Shown in pieces: positions 19,100 to 35,823 of a stretch of DNA of 64,000 nt (position 1 is its first letter; every line of letters begins with the position of its first letter). Position numbers and translations under genes: made by a program. The stretch lies in assembly GCA_035543335.1 (NCBI GenBank), contig DASZZH010000025.1, forward strand, positions 184,185 through 248,184, given 5' to 3'. The notes beneath the pieces were generated by a model. It worked only from the letters and a program-made list of their open reading frames with translations, was not told where the DNA came from and ran no database searches. The stretch is from Burkholderiales bacterium (GTDB lineage Bacteria; Pseudomonadota; Gammaproteobacteria; Burkholderiales; JAHFRG01).

Positions 19100-21219
19100 C
19101 CACCTCAACTAAGCTATTACATGGAATGCTGTGCCTGATGGCGGGCGTATTTTTGTCTGGTGTGACCTATGCCGCCGAACCGGCCGCAGGCGAAGACAAC
19201 CCCCAAAATAGCATTCAAGCAATTGATGTAACCCCGCTGCAAGGTGGAAAGCTTGCGGTAAAAATCACGTTAAGCCAGGCCCTCGCCAATCCTCCTGCCG
19301 GCTTTACCGTAAACAACCCGCCGCGCATTGCTTTCGATTTTCCCAATACCGCAAACGCACTGGGCAAAAACTCCCAGGACGTCAACAACCCTACCCTGCG
19401 CAGCATCAATATCGTTCAGGTAGGCAGCCGCACGCGGCTAGTCATGAACCTGACCAAGGCCGCAGGCTATGATGCCAAAATTGACGGGAACAGCCTGGTG
19501 GTCACGCTGCAAGCGGCGGAAAAGGGCGCGGTCACTTCACCCGTTACTTCTCGTTTCGCCGAGGCCCGGCCTTCTACACAAAAACACAGCGTGCGGGATA
19601 TCGATTTCCGCCGCGGCCCCAACGGCGAAGGCCGCGTGATCATCGATCTTTCGGATACCAACACCGGTATTGATCTGCGTCAGCAGGGGAAAAATGTCAC
19701 TATCGACTTAATTCAGACCTCGTTGCCACCGAATCTGGAACGGCGCATTGACGTTGTCGACTTTGCCACGCCGGTCCAGTTCATCGATACATTTGCCGAC
19801 GGTAACAACGTCCGCATTGTGGTGGAGCCGAAAGGGCTGTGGGAACAATCTGCATACCAGGCCGACAACCGCTTTACGCTGGAAGTGAAGCAAGTCGTCG
19901 AAGATCCCAACAAGCTGGTAAAGGGTGGCAGGCCTGGCTACAGCGGCGAAAAGCTTTCGCTCAACTTCCAGAATGTCGAGGTGCGTGCGGTGTTGCAGGT
20001 CATTGCTGATTTTACCGGGCTTAACATCATCACCAGCGATACAGTGACCGGCAATCTGACGCTGCGCCTGAAAGACGTGCCGTGGGATCAGGCACTCGAC
20101 ATCATTCTGCAGAGCAAGGGACTGGACCTGCGCAAGAACGGCAATGTCGTGCTGATTGCGCCGGCCGATGAGCTGGCCACCAAGGAAAAGCTCAACCTCG
20201 AATCAAGACAGCAAATTTCCGATCTTGAGCCCACGCGCACCGAAAGCTTTCAACTCAATTACCAGAAAGCGGACTCGGTGCAAAAACTGCTGACTGACGT
20301 CAATCAAAGAATTTTATCCAAGCGTGGCAGCGCCGTAGTGGATCCGCGCACCAATATGCTTTTTGTCCAGGATACACCGACCAAGCTCGATGAAGCGCGC
20401 AGTCTGATCAAGAAAATAGACGTGCCGGTACGGCAAGTCATCATTGAGGCGCGCATCGTCGAAGCCAACGACACCTTCAGCAAAAATCTGGGGGTGAAGT
20501 TCGGCGGCACCAGCGGGTTTGGCAGCATCGGCAACGTGCGGACCACAGCAGGCGGCAACCTAGCCGACACCGCCAGCCGCATAGGGGAGCCCGGAGCCAC
20601 CCTCGGCACGATTCCCGATGCCCTGAACGTCAACCTACCCGCCGGCGGCATAGGCGGGGCAGCCGCGGGGGCGCTCTCCCTGGTTCTTTTTAATAACGGC
20701 GTCACCCGGTTTCTTAACCTCGAGTTGAGCGCGCTTGAAGCCGACGGCAAAGGAAAAATCATTTCCAGCCCCCGGGTGGTGACCGCGGACCAGGTGGAAG
20801 CCACGATCGAACAGGGGACGGACATCCCCTTCCAGCAGGCGACCAGCAGTGGCGCGACCAGTGTTACGTTCAAAAAAGCCACGCTGAGTCTTAAGGTCAA
20901 GCCTCAGATCACGCCGGATGACAACGTGATTATGAATCTGCAAGTCAATAACGACTCACGCGGGGCGGATACTACGGCGGGCCCGGCGATCAACACCAGA
21001 GCCATTCAAACTCAAGTACTGGTGGAAAACGGCGGCACGGTGGTGATTGGCGGGATTTTCATCCAAGACCAGCAAACGACGATAAACAAAGTGCCTTTGT
21101 TGGGGGATATTCCCTATTTGGGGGTACTCTTCAGAAATACTTTAGTCCGGGATAATAAATCCGAACTGCTGATATTTATCACGCCCAAAATACTTAAGGA
21201 CGCGCTGACCATACGCTAG
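19096..21219 (+). CDS. pilQ: Type IV pilus secretin PilQ
   Basis: 707 aa. C-terminal secretin domain (VPLLGDIPYLGVLFR...LLIFITPKIL) and N-terminal AMIN-like repeats. Confidence 0.9.
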   Translation: MTTSTKLLHGMLCLMAGVFLSGVTYAAEPAAGEDNPQNSIQAIDVTPLQGGKLAVKITLSQALANPPAGFTVNNPPRIAFDFPNTANALGKNSQDVNNPTLRSINIVQVGSRTRLVMNLTKAAGYDAKIDGNSLVVTLQAAEKGAVTSPVTSRFAEARPSTQKHSVRDIDFRRGPNGEGRVIIDLSDTNTGIDLRQQGKNVTIDLIQTSLPPNLERRIDVVDFATPVQFIDTFADGNNVRIVVEPKGLWEQSAYQADNRFTLEVKQVVEDPNKLVKGGRPGYSGEKLSLNFQNVEVRAVLQVIADFTGLNIITSDTVTGNLTLRLKDVPWDQALDIILQSKGLDLRKNGNVVLIAPADELATKEKLNLESRQQISDLEPTRTESFQLNYQKADSVQKLLTDVNQRILSKRGSAVVDPRTNMLFVQDTPTKLDEARSLIKKIDVPVRQVIIEARIVEANDTFSKNLGVKFGGTSGFGSIGNVRTTAGGNLADTASRIGEPGATLGTIPDALNVNLPAGGIGGAAAGALSLVLFNNGVTRFLNLELSALEADGKGKIISSPRVVTADQVEATIEQGTDIPFQQATSSGATSVTFKKATLSLKVKPQITPDDNVIMNLQVNNDSRGADTTAGPAINTRAIQTQVLVENGGTVVIGGIFIQDQQTTINKVPLLGDIPYLGVLFRNTLVRDNKSELLIFITPKILKDALTIR

Positions 21220-21240
21220 GCCTGACCGTACCTGCACCAG

Positions 21241-21269
21241 GCGGGCTGGACACAGCCCGCTTTTGTTTT
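21241..21269 (+). terminator. Possible (partial) terminator after pilQ
   Basis: GCGGGCT-GGACAC-AGCCCGC hairpin followed by TTTTGTTTT. Confidence 0.5.
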
Positions 21270-21317
21270 ATAGCGCCATGCGCCCTCACCCTTAAGAATT
21301 CCGCTAAAATCCCGCTC

Positions 21318-21878
21318 ATGAAAAGCGGGGGCCCCGATAATTCGAAGCGCTGTGCGCCCGGCGTCATCCCCGACAACATTTTTCTGGTCGGGCTGATGGG
21401 CGCAGGCAAGACCACTGTAGGCAAACTGCTCGCCAAGCGCTTCAATAAGGCTTTCTTTGACACCGACCACGAAATCGAGCGTCGCACCGGCGTCAAGATC
21501 CCGGTAATATTCGAAATCGAAGGTGAAGCGGGTTTCCGCAACCGCGAGCTTGCGGTTTTACAGGAGCTGGCCGGGCAGCGGAATATCGTGCTGGCTACGG
21601 GGGGTGGCGTCGTGTTAAGCCGGGCCAACCGCGAGATCCTCAGGCAAAACGGCAAGGTGATATACCTGCGTGCGATGGCGGGCGAGCTTTGGCAGCGCAC
21701 ACGCCACAACAAGAACCGCCCACTGTTGCAGACCCTCGATCCCCTGGCGAAGCTCAAGGAATTATTCGCGGAGCGCGATCCGCTTTACCGCGAAGTGGCG
21801 GACCTGATTGTCGACACCAGCAGGCAAAACGCGCGAACCCTGGCCATGCAGCTTGAAGAGAAGCTGCGGCAACTTTGA
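21318..21878 (+). CDS. aroK: Shikimate kinase
   Basis: P-loop GLMGAGKTTVG, the DTD motif and GGG(V)V. Confidence 0.9.
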   Translation: MKSGGPDNSKRCAPGVIPDNIFLVGLMGAGKTTVGKLLAKRFNKAFFDTDHEIERRTGVKIPVIFEIEGEAGFRNRELAVLQELAGQRNIVLATGGGVVLSRANREILRQNGKVIYLRAMAGELWQRTRHNKNRPLLQTLDPLAKLKELFAERDPLYREVADLIVDTSRQNARTLAMQLEEKLRQL

Positions 21879-21905
21879 TTTTTGAACCCGGACTCAAGCC
21901 GGAAT

Positions 21906-22994
21906 ATGGAAACTTTAAATGTAGCCTTGGGCGAACGCAGCTACCCGATTTACATCGGCGAGCGTCTTTTGACGCGCGCCGAGCTGCTGCTGCCCGCTTT
22001 GGTTCAGAAAAAGATCGCGGTTGTCACCAACACCGTGGTGGCAAAGCTTTATCTTGAGCCGCTGACCTCTGCGCTGCACCGCCTTGGCGTCGAAGCGGTC
22101 ACTATCGTTTTGCCGGATGGCGAGGAATACAAAAACTCGGAAACGCTCAACCGCGTTTTCGATGCTCTCCTCGAAAACCGCTGTGAACGCAAGACCACGG
22201 TTATTGCGCTGGGCGGCGGCGTAATTGGCGATCTCGCCGGTTTCGCCGCGGCGGTTTATCGGCGCGGGGTGCCTTACCTCCAGATTCCGACCACGCTGCT
22301 CGCGCAGGTGGATTCTTCGATAGGCGGCAAAACAGCGATCAATCACCCGCTCGGCAAAAACATGATCGGGGCGTTTCACCAGCCGAAATTGGTATTGGCC
22401 GACACCATGACGTTGAATTCGCTGCCGGAACGCCAATTTTCCGCGGGGCTCGCTGAAGTCATCAAATACGGACTGATCCGCGATCCGGAGTTTTTCGTTT
22501 GGTTGGAAAACAACCTGGAAAAACTGGTGCGCCGGGAAAGTGCAGCGCTCGCTTACGCCATTCGCCGTTCCTGCGAAAACAAGGCGGCGGTGGTCGCCGC
22601 GGACGAGCGGGAGAGCGGAATGCGCGCGCTGCTTAATCTCGGTCATACTTTCGGCCACGCCATTGAAACCGGCGAGGGTTACGGAAAATGGCTGCACGGC
22701 GAGGCGGTGGCGGCGGGGACCCTGCTCGCCGCGCGTCTGTCCCAACGCCTGGGCCTGATCGCGAATAGCGACATTGAACGCATCGCCGACCTGTATCAAC
22801 GCGCCGGGTTGCCGGTGGCGGCGCCCGATTTCTGCGCCGCGCGTTACCGGCAATTGATGAGCGTGGACAAAAAAGTCGAGGGCGGGAAAATCCGCTTTGT
22901 TCTTCTCAGGAAAATCGGCGAGGCCTTCATCACCGGCGACGTGCCCGAGGCGCAGCTCGTGGCATTGCTGGACGGGATTGCCGCCCATGCCTGA
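21906..22994 (+). CDS. aroB: 3-dehydroquinate synthase
   Basis: [14 protein letters not shown], HxxGHAIE ([11 protein letters not shown]) and WLHGEAV. An alternative start lies at 21882. Confidence 0.9.
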   Translation: METLNVALGERSYPIYIGERLLTRAELLLPALVQKKIAVVTNTVVAKLYLEPLTSALHRLGVEAVTIVLPDGEEYKNSETLNRVFDALLENRCERKTTVIALGGGVIGDLAGFAAAVYRRGVPYLQIPTTLLAQVDSSIGGKTAINHPLGKNMIGAFHQPKLVLADTMTLNSLPERQFSAGLAEVIKYGLIRDPEFFVWLENNLEKLVRRESAALAYAIRRSCENKAAVVAADERESGMRALLNLGHTFGHAIETGEGYGKWLHGEAVAAGTLLAARLSQRLGLIANSDIERIADLYQRAGLPVAAPDFCAARYRQLMSVDKKVEGGKIRFVLLRKIGEAFITGDVPEAQLVALLDGIAAHA

Positions 22995-24114
22995 ACTCGC
23001 GGAATACGCTGCCTGGCCCGAGCGTTCCCGGGGCCGGCGGCATCCAGAGCCGCCGGCAAAAGGGCGCAGCGAATTCCAGCGCGACCGCGACCGCATCATC
23101 CATTCCACCGCCTTCCGCCGCTTGGAATACAAAACCCAAGTGTTCGTCAATCACGAAGGCGACCTGTTCCGAACCCGGCTCACCCACAGCCTGGAAGTAG
23201 CGCAGATTGCGCGCTCGATTGCCCGGAACCTTGAGCTCAACGAAGACCTGGTGGAAGCGATTGCGCTGGCGCACGATCTCGGCCACACGCCCTTCGGCCA
23301 TGCCGGGCAGGATGCCTTGAACGCCTGCATGAAGGATAACGGCGGCTTCGAGCACAACCTGCAGTCGCTGCGCGTGGTTGATGTGCTGGAACAGCGCTAT
23401 GCCGCATTCGACGGCCTCAATCTCTGTTTCGAGACGCGCGAAGGCATACTCAAGCATTGCTCGCGCAGCAACGCCAGGGCTTTGGGCGATGTCGGCGAAC
23501 GCTTCCTGCGCAGGCAGCAGCCTTCGCTCGAGGCTCAACTGTGCAATCTCGCCGATGAGATCGCCTACAACAACCACGATGTCGACGACGGCCTGCGTTC
23601 GGGGCTGATTACTCTGGAACAGCTCTCCGCAGTCGACATTTTTCGCCGTAATCTGCAGGCGGTGAAAAAACAGCATCCCAAAATTCCAGAGCGGCGTCTG
23701 GTTCACGAAACGGTGCGGCGCATGATCAATACCCTGGTGTCCGACCTCACCGCCCAGAGCTTGAAAGACATCCGCAGCGAAGCGCCGGCCAATTTCGATG
23801 AAGTGCGCGCCGCCGGGCCGCTGATTGCCTTCAGCCTCGAAATCCGCGACGAGCAGCAGCAATTGAAGCAGTTTCTGCGCCGCCATCTCTACCAGCATTA
23901 CCGCGTTGCGCGCATGAGCGGTAAAGCCCGGCGCATCATCGCCGACCTGTTTCACGCTTTCATGGAGGACGCCCGCTTGCTGCCGCCGCAATTCCAGGAC
24001 AAGGCCGATGGCGGCAAACCGAGAGCGATTGCCGACTACATCGCCGGCATGACCGACCGCTACGCCATCCGCGAGCACCGGCGCCTGTTCTCCGTGGAAG
24101 AGCTGTGGTCATAA
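22987..24114 (+). CDS. dgt: HD-domain deoxyguanosinetriphosphate triphosphohydrolase-like protein
   Basis: [28 protein letters not shown] and [14 protein letters not shown]. The start at 22987 overlaps the aroB stop. Confidence 0.85.
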   Translation: MPELAEYAAWPERSRGRRHPEPPAKGRSEFQRDRDRIIHSTAFRRLEYKTQVFVNHEGDLFRTRLTHSLEVAQIARSIARNLELNEDLVEAIALAHDLGHTPFGHAGQDALNACMKDNGGFEHNLQSLRVVDVLEQRYAAFDGLNLCFETREGILKHCSRSNARALGDVGERFLRRQQPSLEAQLCNLADEIAYNNHDVDDGLRSGLITLEQLSAVDIFRRNLQAVKKQHPKIPERRLVHETVRRMINTLVSDLTAQSLKDIRSEAPANFDEVRAAGPLIAFSLEIRDEQQQLKQFLRRHLYQHYRVARMSGKARRIIADLFHAFMEDARLLPPQFQDKADGGKPRAIADYIAGMTDRYAIREHRRLFSVEELWS

Positions 24115-24317
24115 GCCGTTTCTCTTCAGGCCTTTCCGGACCGGCGGCCCTTCCTGTCACGCGGCCGCTAACCCTGCAGCGTCCAAGTTGAAGCAACCCA
24201 TTGGAAGATGTAAACTTAAACGCTTCCGCTTTAAATTCCGGGTCTGGCAAAATCCCGAGTTGCCCGCTGTTTAAAGTCCGGCTTTGTCGTCCTGACCGCA
24301 GATTCACGAGGTAAAAG

Positions 24318-30417
<6,100 letters not shown>

Positions 30418-30448
30418 TCCGCAGCCCTTACTAAAAAATCAAAAGCAT

Positions 30449-30604
30449 TCACCGCGGAGGACGCTGAGGACGCAGAGTAAATTTTTCGTAGACACGGGTC
30501 TTGTTCTAAATTGATGACGCAATCTCGGCAAAACTGGGCCCAAAATCATTAATTCAGAATTTTTAATTTGGTTTTCCTCCGCGCTCTCCGCGTCCTCTGC
30601 GGTT
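30449..30604. repeat. MITE-like element (156 bp) with about 30-bp GAGGACGC-rich terminal inverted repeats
   Basis: Left arm TCACCGCGGAGGACGCTGAGGACGCAGAG. The reverse complement of the right arm is AACCGCAGAGGACGCGGAGAGCGCGGAGG. The core is AT-rich and non-coding. Confidence 0.6.
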
Positions 30605-30612
30605 AAATCACT

Positions 30613-31674
30613 ATGTCAAAACTTAAAAACGACACCCTGCTGCGCGCGCTGCTGCGCCTGCCCACTCCTTATACGCCGGTGTGGCTGATGCGCCAAGCCG
30701 GGCGTTATCTTCCTGAATACAATGAAACCCGAAAACGCGCCGGGGATTTTCTGGCGTTGTGCAAAAATCCCGATCTCGCCTGCGAAGTCACGCTGCAACC
30801 TTTGGCAAGATTTAATTTGGACGCTGCGATTCTGTTTTCCGACATTCTCACCATTCCCGACGCCATGGGCCTCGGCCTTTATTTCGTCGAGAACGAAGGG
30901 CCGAAGCTTGCCAAACCCTTGCGCGACGAGCGGGAAATCGAGAAACTCAAGGCGCCCGACCCTGACTCGCACTTACGTTATGTAATGGATGCGGTAAGCC
31001 AAATCCGCAAAGCGCTGGGCGGCAGTGTGCCGCTTATCGGCTTCTCAGGAAGCCCTTTTACGCTCGCCTGCTACATGATCGAAGGCGGCGGGAGCCCCGA
31101 TTTTCCTCAGGTCAAAGAGGTGCTTTATCGCCGTCCCGACCTGCTGCATCACATTCTGGCGGTGAATACTCGCGCAGTGACCGCTTACCTGAACGCACAA
31201 ATTGAGTCCGGCACCCAGGCGGTGATGATCTTCGACACCTGGGGCGGGATACTCTCAAGCCACGCCTACCACGAATTTTCGCTGCGCTACATCGAAGAAG
31301 TGCTGCACGGCCTGATCCGCGAGCGTGATGGTATGCGAGTGCCCAGCATTGTTTTTACCAAAGGCGGCGGCGAGTGGCTGGAGAGCATCGCCGCTACCGG
31401 TTGCAATTGCGTGAGCCTCGATAGTCTTACCGACATCGGTCTTGCTCGCAGACGCGTGGGCCATAAAGTCGCGCTACAAGGTAATCTCGATCCTGCCGCG
31501 CTGCTTTCTTCTCCGGAAATCATCGCCAAGGAAGTGGAAAAAATTCTGGGGAGCTTCGGCGAAAGTCCCGGCCATGTTTTCAATCTCGGTCACGGCGTGA
31601 TGCCAACCACGCCACCGGAAAATGTCGCGGCAATGGTGGAAGCAGTCCACCACTTAAGCAGAAACCGTCACTGA
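30613..31674 (+). CDS. hemE: Uroporphyrinogen decarboxylase
   Basis: [15 protein letters not shown] and ILFSDIL are signature HemE motifs. Confidence 0.95.
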   Translation: MSKLKNDTLLRALLRLPTPYTPVWLMRQAGRYLPEYNETRKRAGDFLALCKNPDLACEVTLQPLARFNLDAAILFSDILTIPDAMGLGLYFVENEGPKLAKPLRDEREIEKLKAPDPDSHLRYVMDAVSQIRKALGGSVPLIGFSGSPFTLACYMIEGGGSPDFPQVKEVLYRRPDLLHHILAVNTRAVTAYLNAQIESGTQAVMIFDTWGGILSSHAYHEFSLRYIEEVLHGLIRERDGMRVPSIVFTKGGGEWLESIAATGCNCVSLDSLTDIGLARRRVGHKVALQGNLDPAALLSSPEIIAKEVEKILGSFGESPGHVFNLGHGVMPTTPPENVAAMVEAVHHLSRNRH

Positions 31675-31760
31675 AACAAGGGTTAAAAAGTGTTTCACAA
31701 AAAATCGAGTGTGGTTTCACGCACTTTACTTATGCACATCGGCATTTGCTCTCCCCAACC

Positions 31761-31797
31761 AAAGCCCTTGCCCAATAAGGCTTTTTCTCTTTGTTTT
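31761..31797 (+). terminator. Possible hemE terminator
   Basis: AAAGCC...GGCTTT stem followed by the T-rich run TTCTCTTTGTTTTT. Confidence 0.35.
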
Positions 31798-32010
31798 TAA
31801 CATGATGATTTATAAGTATTATTTTAAAGCCTAAATTTTAAGCAAAACAACAAAGCCCTTGCCGGAAGAGCAGTTATCAGCTGATTCAAATTTTTATTCA
31901 CAAAGTTGTCCACCGAATTTGTGCATAAAAAAATAATTTTTTGCGTAAAGAAGTTAGTCGAACTAGGTAGAATTCACTGTAAAAAATTTCCTTAACCTCG
32001 TTCTTCCCGC

Positions 32011-34185
32011 ATGAGCATCGCGCGCGTTGCACTCGACGTTCCGCTCGACAAGTTTTTTGATTACCTCGCGCCGGATTTAACGCGCGAACACATCGGCTTG
32101 CGCGTGCTGGTGCCGTTTGGCAAAAAACAAATGGTGGGTGTGGTGGTGGACATTGCGGAAAAATCCAACATCGTGCCGCAGCGCTTAAAGCGCATTGTGT
32201 CGGTTTTCCACGACATCTCCCCACTCGGTGCGCAAATCCTGGACGTATTCAAATTCTGCAGCGATTACTATCACCATCCACTGGGTCAGGTCATGATCAA
32301 TGCGCTGCCGGCCCGGCTGCGCCGCAACCGGCCGATTACGCGCAAAACCTCCGGTGTCTTTTGCTTAACCGAGGCGGGGCGGAAGCTCGACCCTTCTGCT
32401 TTGCCGGCAAAAGCGGCGGTGAAACGCAAATTATTCGAGCGGCTTGAAAGCGGGGCATTAAAGAAAGAAGAGCTGCGCCAAATTTCGCCAGGCGCGGCCA
32501 AGGTGCTCAATGAATTCATCACCCTGGGCTGGGCGTACGAAGTCGCGGCAGCCTCCTCCCGCCCTCCCGGCCAACCCGCCAACCCGCCCCAACTCACGGC
32601 GGAACAAGCCGGCGTGGTTGAATCAATTCAACTCGCCGGATTCAGCTGCTCACTGCTGTTTGGCGTCACCGGCAGCGGCAAGACCGAAATCTATTTCAAT
32701 CGGATCGCACGGGCGCTGGCGGAAAAAAAGCAGGCGCTGCTGCTGGTGCCTGAAATCAATCTTTCGCCACAGCTCGAAGCCTGGCTCAAGCAGCGTTTTC
32801 CGCAATCCCGGGTCGTTTCGCTGCACAGCGGCTTGAACGACGGCGAGCGGCTGGAGAACTGGCTCGCTGCCCAATCCGGCGAGGCGCAGGTGATTTTAGG
32901 TACGCGCCTGGCGGTGTTCACGCCCATTCCCAAGCTCGGGCTCATCATCGTTGACGAAGAGCACGACGCTTCGTTTAAGCAGCAGGACGGTTTGCGCTAT
33001 TCCGCGCGCGATGTCGCCATCTTCCGCGCCAAGCAGGCGGATGTACCGGTCATCCTCGGCTCGGCGACGCCGGCGCTGGAAAGCTACCAGCACGCGCTTT
33101 CCGGCCGCTACCGCTTGGCGAAACTCGCGCAGCGCGCCGTGGATAATGCGCTGCTGCCTCAATTGCGCTGCATAGACATACGCCGTCTGAAGCTCAACGA
33201 AGGCCTGTCCGAGCCCCTGATTGGCGCCATCAGGCAGCGGCTGGAACGCGGCGAGCAATGCCTGATTTTCCTCAACCGCCGCGGCTACGCGCCGGTGCTG
33301 ATGTGCACCGCATGCAACTGGATTTCCGGCTGCACGCGCTGCGCCGCCGGGCTGGTTTTGCATTTGCGGGAAAAAAAGCTGCGTTGCCATCACTGCGGCC
33401 ATGAAGAACGCGTGCCCGCCGCCTGCCCGAACTGCGGCAACGCCGACCTTCTGCCGCTGGGGCAGGGCACGCAACGGGTGGAAAGCGCTTTGTCCGCCTT
33501 GTTTCCCGGCGCGCGCGTTCTGCGCATTGACCGCGACAGCACGCGCCGCAAGCTCGCCTGGCCGGAAATGCTCAAGCGCATACGCGACCATGAAGTGGAC
33601 ATTCTGGTCGGCACCCAAATCCTGGCCAAGGGCCACGATTTTCCCCAGCTCTCCCTGGTCGGCATCCTCAATCCGGACAGCTCCTTGTACAGCACCGATT
33701 TCCGCGCGTCAGAGCGGCTGTTCGCCCAGCTCATGCAAGTCGCCGGGCGCGCCGGGCGCGCGCAAATCCCCGGCGAAGTGCTGATTCAGACGCAGTTTCC
33801 CGACCACCCCTTGTATGAAGCTCTGCAGCGGCATGATTACTCCGCCTTCGCCAAAACCCTGCTGGCCGAACGCAGACATGCGGGATTCCCGCCCTTCGTG
33901 CACCAAGCACTGCTGCGCGCCGAGGCGACCTGCCTGACCACGGTCATGTCTTATCTTGAAGATGCGGCAAAAATCGCCTCGCGGCTGCGCCACGACGTCA
34001 CTGTTTACGATCCGGTGCCGGCGGCGATGCAACGCCTTGCCGGCCGCGAGCGCGGGCAATTGCTGGTGCAGAGCGCTTCGCGCAAAAAACTCCAGGCGTT
34101 TTTGAAAGAATGGTACGCCAGGCTTGCGGAAACGGCAGGCAAAAAAGTGCGCTGGGCATTGGATGTGGACCCGCTGGAGTTTTAA
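32011..34185 (+). CDS. priA: Primosomal replication-restart helicase PriA
   Basis: Walker A GVTGSGKT, DEEHD and the Zn-binding CxxC x4 region (CTACNW...CTRCAA...CHHCGH...CPNCG). Confidence 0.95.
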   Translation: MSIARVALDVPLDKFFDYLAPDLTREHIGLRVLVPFGKKQMVGVVVDIAEKSNIVPQRLKRIVSVFHDISPLGAQILDVFKFCSDYYHHPLGQVMINALPARLRRNRPITRKTSGVFCLTEAGRKLDPSALPAKAAVKRKLFERLESGALKKEELRQISPGAAKVLNEFITLGWAYEVAAASSRPPGQPANPPQLTAEQAGVVESIQLAGFSCSLLFGVTGSGKTEIYFNRIARALAEKKQALLLVPEINLSPQLEAWLKQRFPQSRVVSLHSGLNDGERLENWLAAQSGEAQVILGTRLAVFTPIPKLGLIIVDEEHDASFKQQDGLRYSARDVAIFRAKQADVPVILGSATPALESYQHALSGRYRLAKLAQRAVDNALLPQLRCIDIRRLKLNEGLSEPLIGAIRQRLERGEQCLIFLNRRGYAPVLMCTACNWISGCTRCAAGLVLHLREKKLRCHHCGHEERVPAACPNCGNADLLPLGQGTQRVESALSALFPGARVLRIDRDSTRRKLAWPEMLKRIRDHEVDILVGTQILAKGHDFPQLSLVGILNPDSSLYSTDFRASERLFAQLMQVAGRAGRAQIPGEVLIQTQFPDHPLYEALQRHDYSAFAKTLLAERRHAGFPPFVHQALLRAEATCLTTVMSYLEDAAKIASRLRHDVTVYDPVPAAMQRLAGRERGQLLVQSASRKKLQAFLKEWYARLAETAGKKVRWALDVDPLEF

Positions 34186-34212
34186 CTGGGTACGCCAGCC
34201 AGCTTGACCATG

Positions 34213-34303
34213 GCGCTAACGCCGGCGCTCACCGGCAACCGATGAGCGATGAGGGTACCGGCAAGCGCAGCGTGCCGGCGTCCGGTGGAGTGAAAGGTTA
34301 GGC
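34213..34303 (-). other. attC of the last cassette (SRPBCC)
   Basis: Read on the minus strand: R'' GCCTAAC (34303-34297) ... R' GTTAGCGCC (34220-34212). It lies 11 nt after the ORF stop and 28 nt from the priA stop. Confidence 0.7.
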
Positions 34304-34313
34304 ATCATCAACG

Positions 34314-34760
34314 CTAGCCGGGAATCTCGGCTTCGACGAGTTGTGCGAGAAGGGTGAGCGATTCTTGCCAGCCGAGATAGCAGGCCTCGGGCGGAATGGC
34401 ATCAGGTATCCCTTCTTGCACTACGCTCACCTCAGTACCGCAAGAAACCTTCTTCAAGGATACAGTCGTCTGCATTTCTCCGGGCAAGTTCGGGTCGTCG
34501 AATTTGTCCGTGTGACGAATGCGTTCGTATGGCACCAGTTCAAGATACTTTCCGCCGAACGAGTGGCTATGGCCGGTGGTGAAGTTTGTGAACGACATCT
34601 TGTAGGTACCGCCGACTTTCGCATCTATACGGTGAACCTTGCCGGTAAAACCATTCGGTGGAAGCCATTTGGCCATTGCGTCGGCATCGAGAAACGCCCG
34701 ATAGATTCTCTCAGGCGTAGCTCGGAGTACGCGGTGAAGCCGGATGGTGTTTGTGGACAT
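34314..34760 (-). CDS. SRPBCC / AHSA1-family (START-like) small-molecule-binding protein, cassette-borne
   Basis: 148 aa. The pattern RLHRVLRATPERIYRAFLDADAMAKW...FGGKYLELVPYERI is typical of the Aha1/BPI-like SRPBCC family. AGGA SD. The ATG at 34760 is chosen inside the longer track ORF. Confidence 0.8.
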   Translation of the reverse strand: MSTNTIRLHRVLRATPERIYRAFLDADAMAKWLPPNGFTGKVHRIDAKVGGTYKMSFTNFTTGHSHSFGGKYLELVPYERIRHTDKFDDPNLPGEMQTTVSLKKVSCGTEVSVVQEGIPDAIPPEACYLGWQESLTLLAQLVEAEIPG

Positions 34761-34824
34761 GATTTCGTTTCCTTTCGATGCGCGGTGTTGTGATGCAATA
34801 ATAAATGCTCTGCGATGTCCGATC

Positions 34825-34911
34825 GCCGCCCAACGTTCGCGTTTTGCCGCGCCGGACAAAGCGCGCAGCGCTGTTAGGCAGGCGTCGGTCAACAACGCGC
34901 TGTTAGGCGGC
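34825..34911 (-). other. attC of the SDR cassette
   Basis: Minus strand R'' GCCGCCTAAC (34911-34902) and R' GTTGGGCGGC (34834-34825), complementary at 9 of 10 positions. An internal duplicate GCCTAACAGCGC is present. Confidence 0.7.
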
Positions 34912-34969
34912 ATTGCTAGCCAAACGGTTGACCGAAACGTACTCTGGGAGCTTGTCCCATACCGCCTGC

Positions 34970-35755
34970 TCATGCGTTCATGATGCGAGAGAAAATGGCT
35001 TGGTGTAGCCAGCGTGGCGTGGCCCACATGAAAATCACGGAGGCCTTGTTGGCCCAGCCTGGGACGACGCTGATGCGTCCGGCCTGCAACGCGCGGATAC
35101 CGGCGCGCACCACGGGGGCCGGCTGCATCATCACTAGCTTCAACCCGGGCGTGATCTTCTGTTGCGCCGCGGTGGCGAATCCGGTGTCCGACATGCCCGG
35201 GCAAAGCGCCGTAACCGTGACGCCATCCCGCTTGAGTTCGCGATGAAGGGCTTCACCCAGGCGCAACACGTAGGCCTTGGCCGCTGAGTAGACGGCGAAG
35301 TTCTGCACACCTTGGTAGGCCAGCAGACTGGCGACCAGCAGGATCTTTCCACGTCCTCGCTTCCTCATGTCTTGCGCAAAGATGTGGGTGACGGCGGTCA
35401 GGCTCGCCACATCCAGCTCCACCATCGCTAGGGTCGCGTCCAACTGGCCATCCAGGAACGGACCCTGCAGTCCGTGGCCAGCGTTGTTGATCAGGATGTC
35501 GATCGAAATACCTCGCTCGCGGAGCCGCTGATGCAGTTGGATGACTGCCGCAACATCTGAAAGATCCACCTGCTCCACGATGACCTCAATGCGGTGCTCC
35601 TGGAGCAATGCCTTGGCGAGTGCTTGAAGCCGGTCCAGCCGGCGCGCCACCAGAACCAGAGAATGGCCTTGCCCGGCATATTGGCGGGCAAACTCCTCGC
35701 CGAAGCCACTCGATGCGCCCGTGATGAGAACCCATGAATTGCCTATTGCCGTCAT
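34970..35755 (-). CDS. SDR-family oxidoreductase, cassette-borne
   Basis: ITGASSGFG, NNAG and YSAAKAY. ATG at 35755 with an AGGTG SD; the track start is a GTG at 35764. Confidence 0.85.
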   Translation of the reverse strand: MTAIGNSWVLITGASSGFGEEFARQYAGQGHSLVLVARRLDRLQALAKALLQEHRIEVIVEQVDLSDVAAVIQLHQRLRERGISIDILINNAGHGLQGPFLDGQLDATLAMVELDVASLTAVTHIFAQDMRKRGRGKILLVASLLAYQGVQNFAVYSAAKAYVLRLGEALHRELKRDGVTVTALCPGMSDTGFATAAQQKITPGLKLVMMQPAPVVRAGIRALQAGRISVVPGWANKASVIFMWATPRWLHQAIFSRIMNA

Positions 35756-35774
35756 TTCGTTCACCTGTAGCGAC

Positions 35775-35815
35775 GCCTAACGACCCAAGCTCAGCGACCC
35801 GGCCCGGAGTAGGAC
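35775..35815 (-). other. Truncated or degenerate attC between the MDR and SDR ORFs
   Basis: A good R' GTTAGGCG (35781-35774 on the minus strand), but only a poor R''-like GTCCTAC partner about 35 bp away. It is too short for a normal attC. Confidence 0.35.
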
Positions 35816-35823
35816 TGACCGAT

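Noticed and set aside
31675-32010. An AT-rich 336-bp region upstream of priA as a replication origin. It has a DnaA-box-like TTGTCCACC (about 31903) and a 13-bp direct repeat CAAAGCCCTTGCC (31760 and 31851).
   Set aside because: Only one weak (7 of 9) DnaA-box-like site is present, and there is no cluster of boxes or 13-mer AT-rich repeats. The location next to priA is not a typical oriC context. The origin is expected beyond mnmG, outside the window. This is more likely a promoter and terminator region.
35765-35823. A normal attC between the MDR and SDR cassettes.
   Set aside because: Only the R' core is convincing and the interval is too short (59 bp in total) for a complete attC. It is reported instead as a truncated site or possible cassette fusion.
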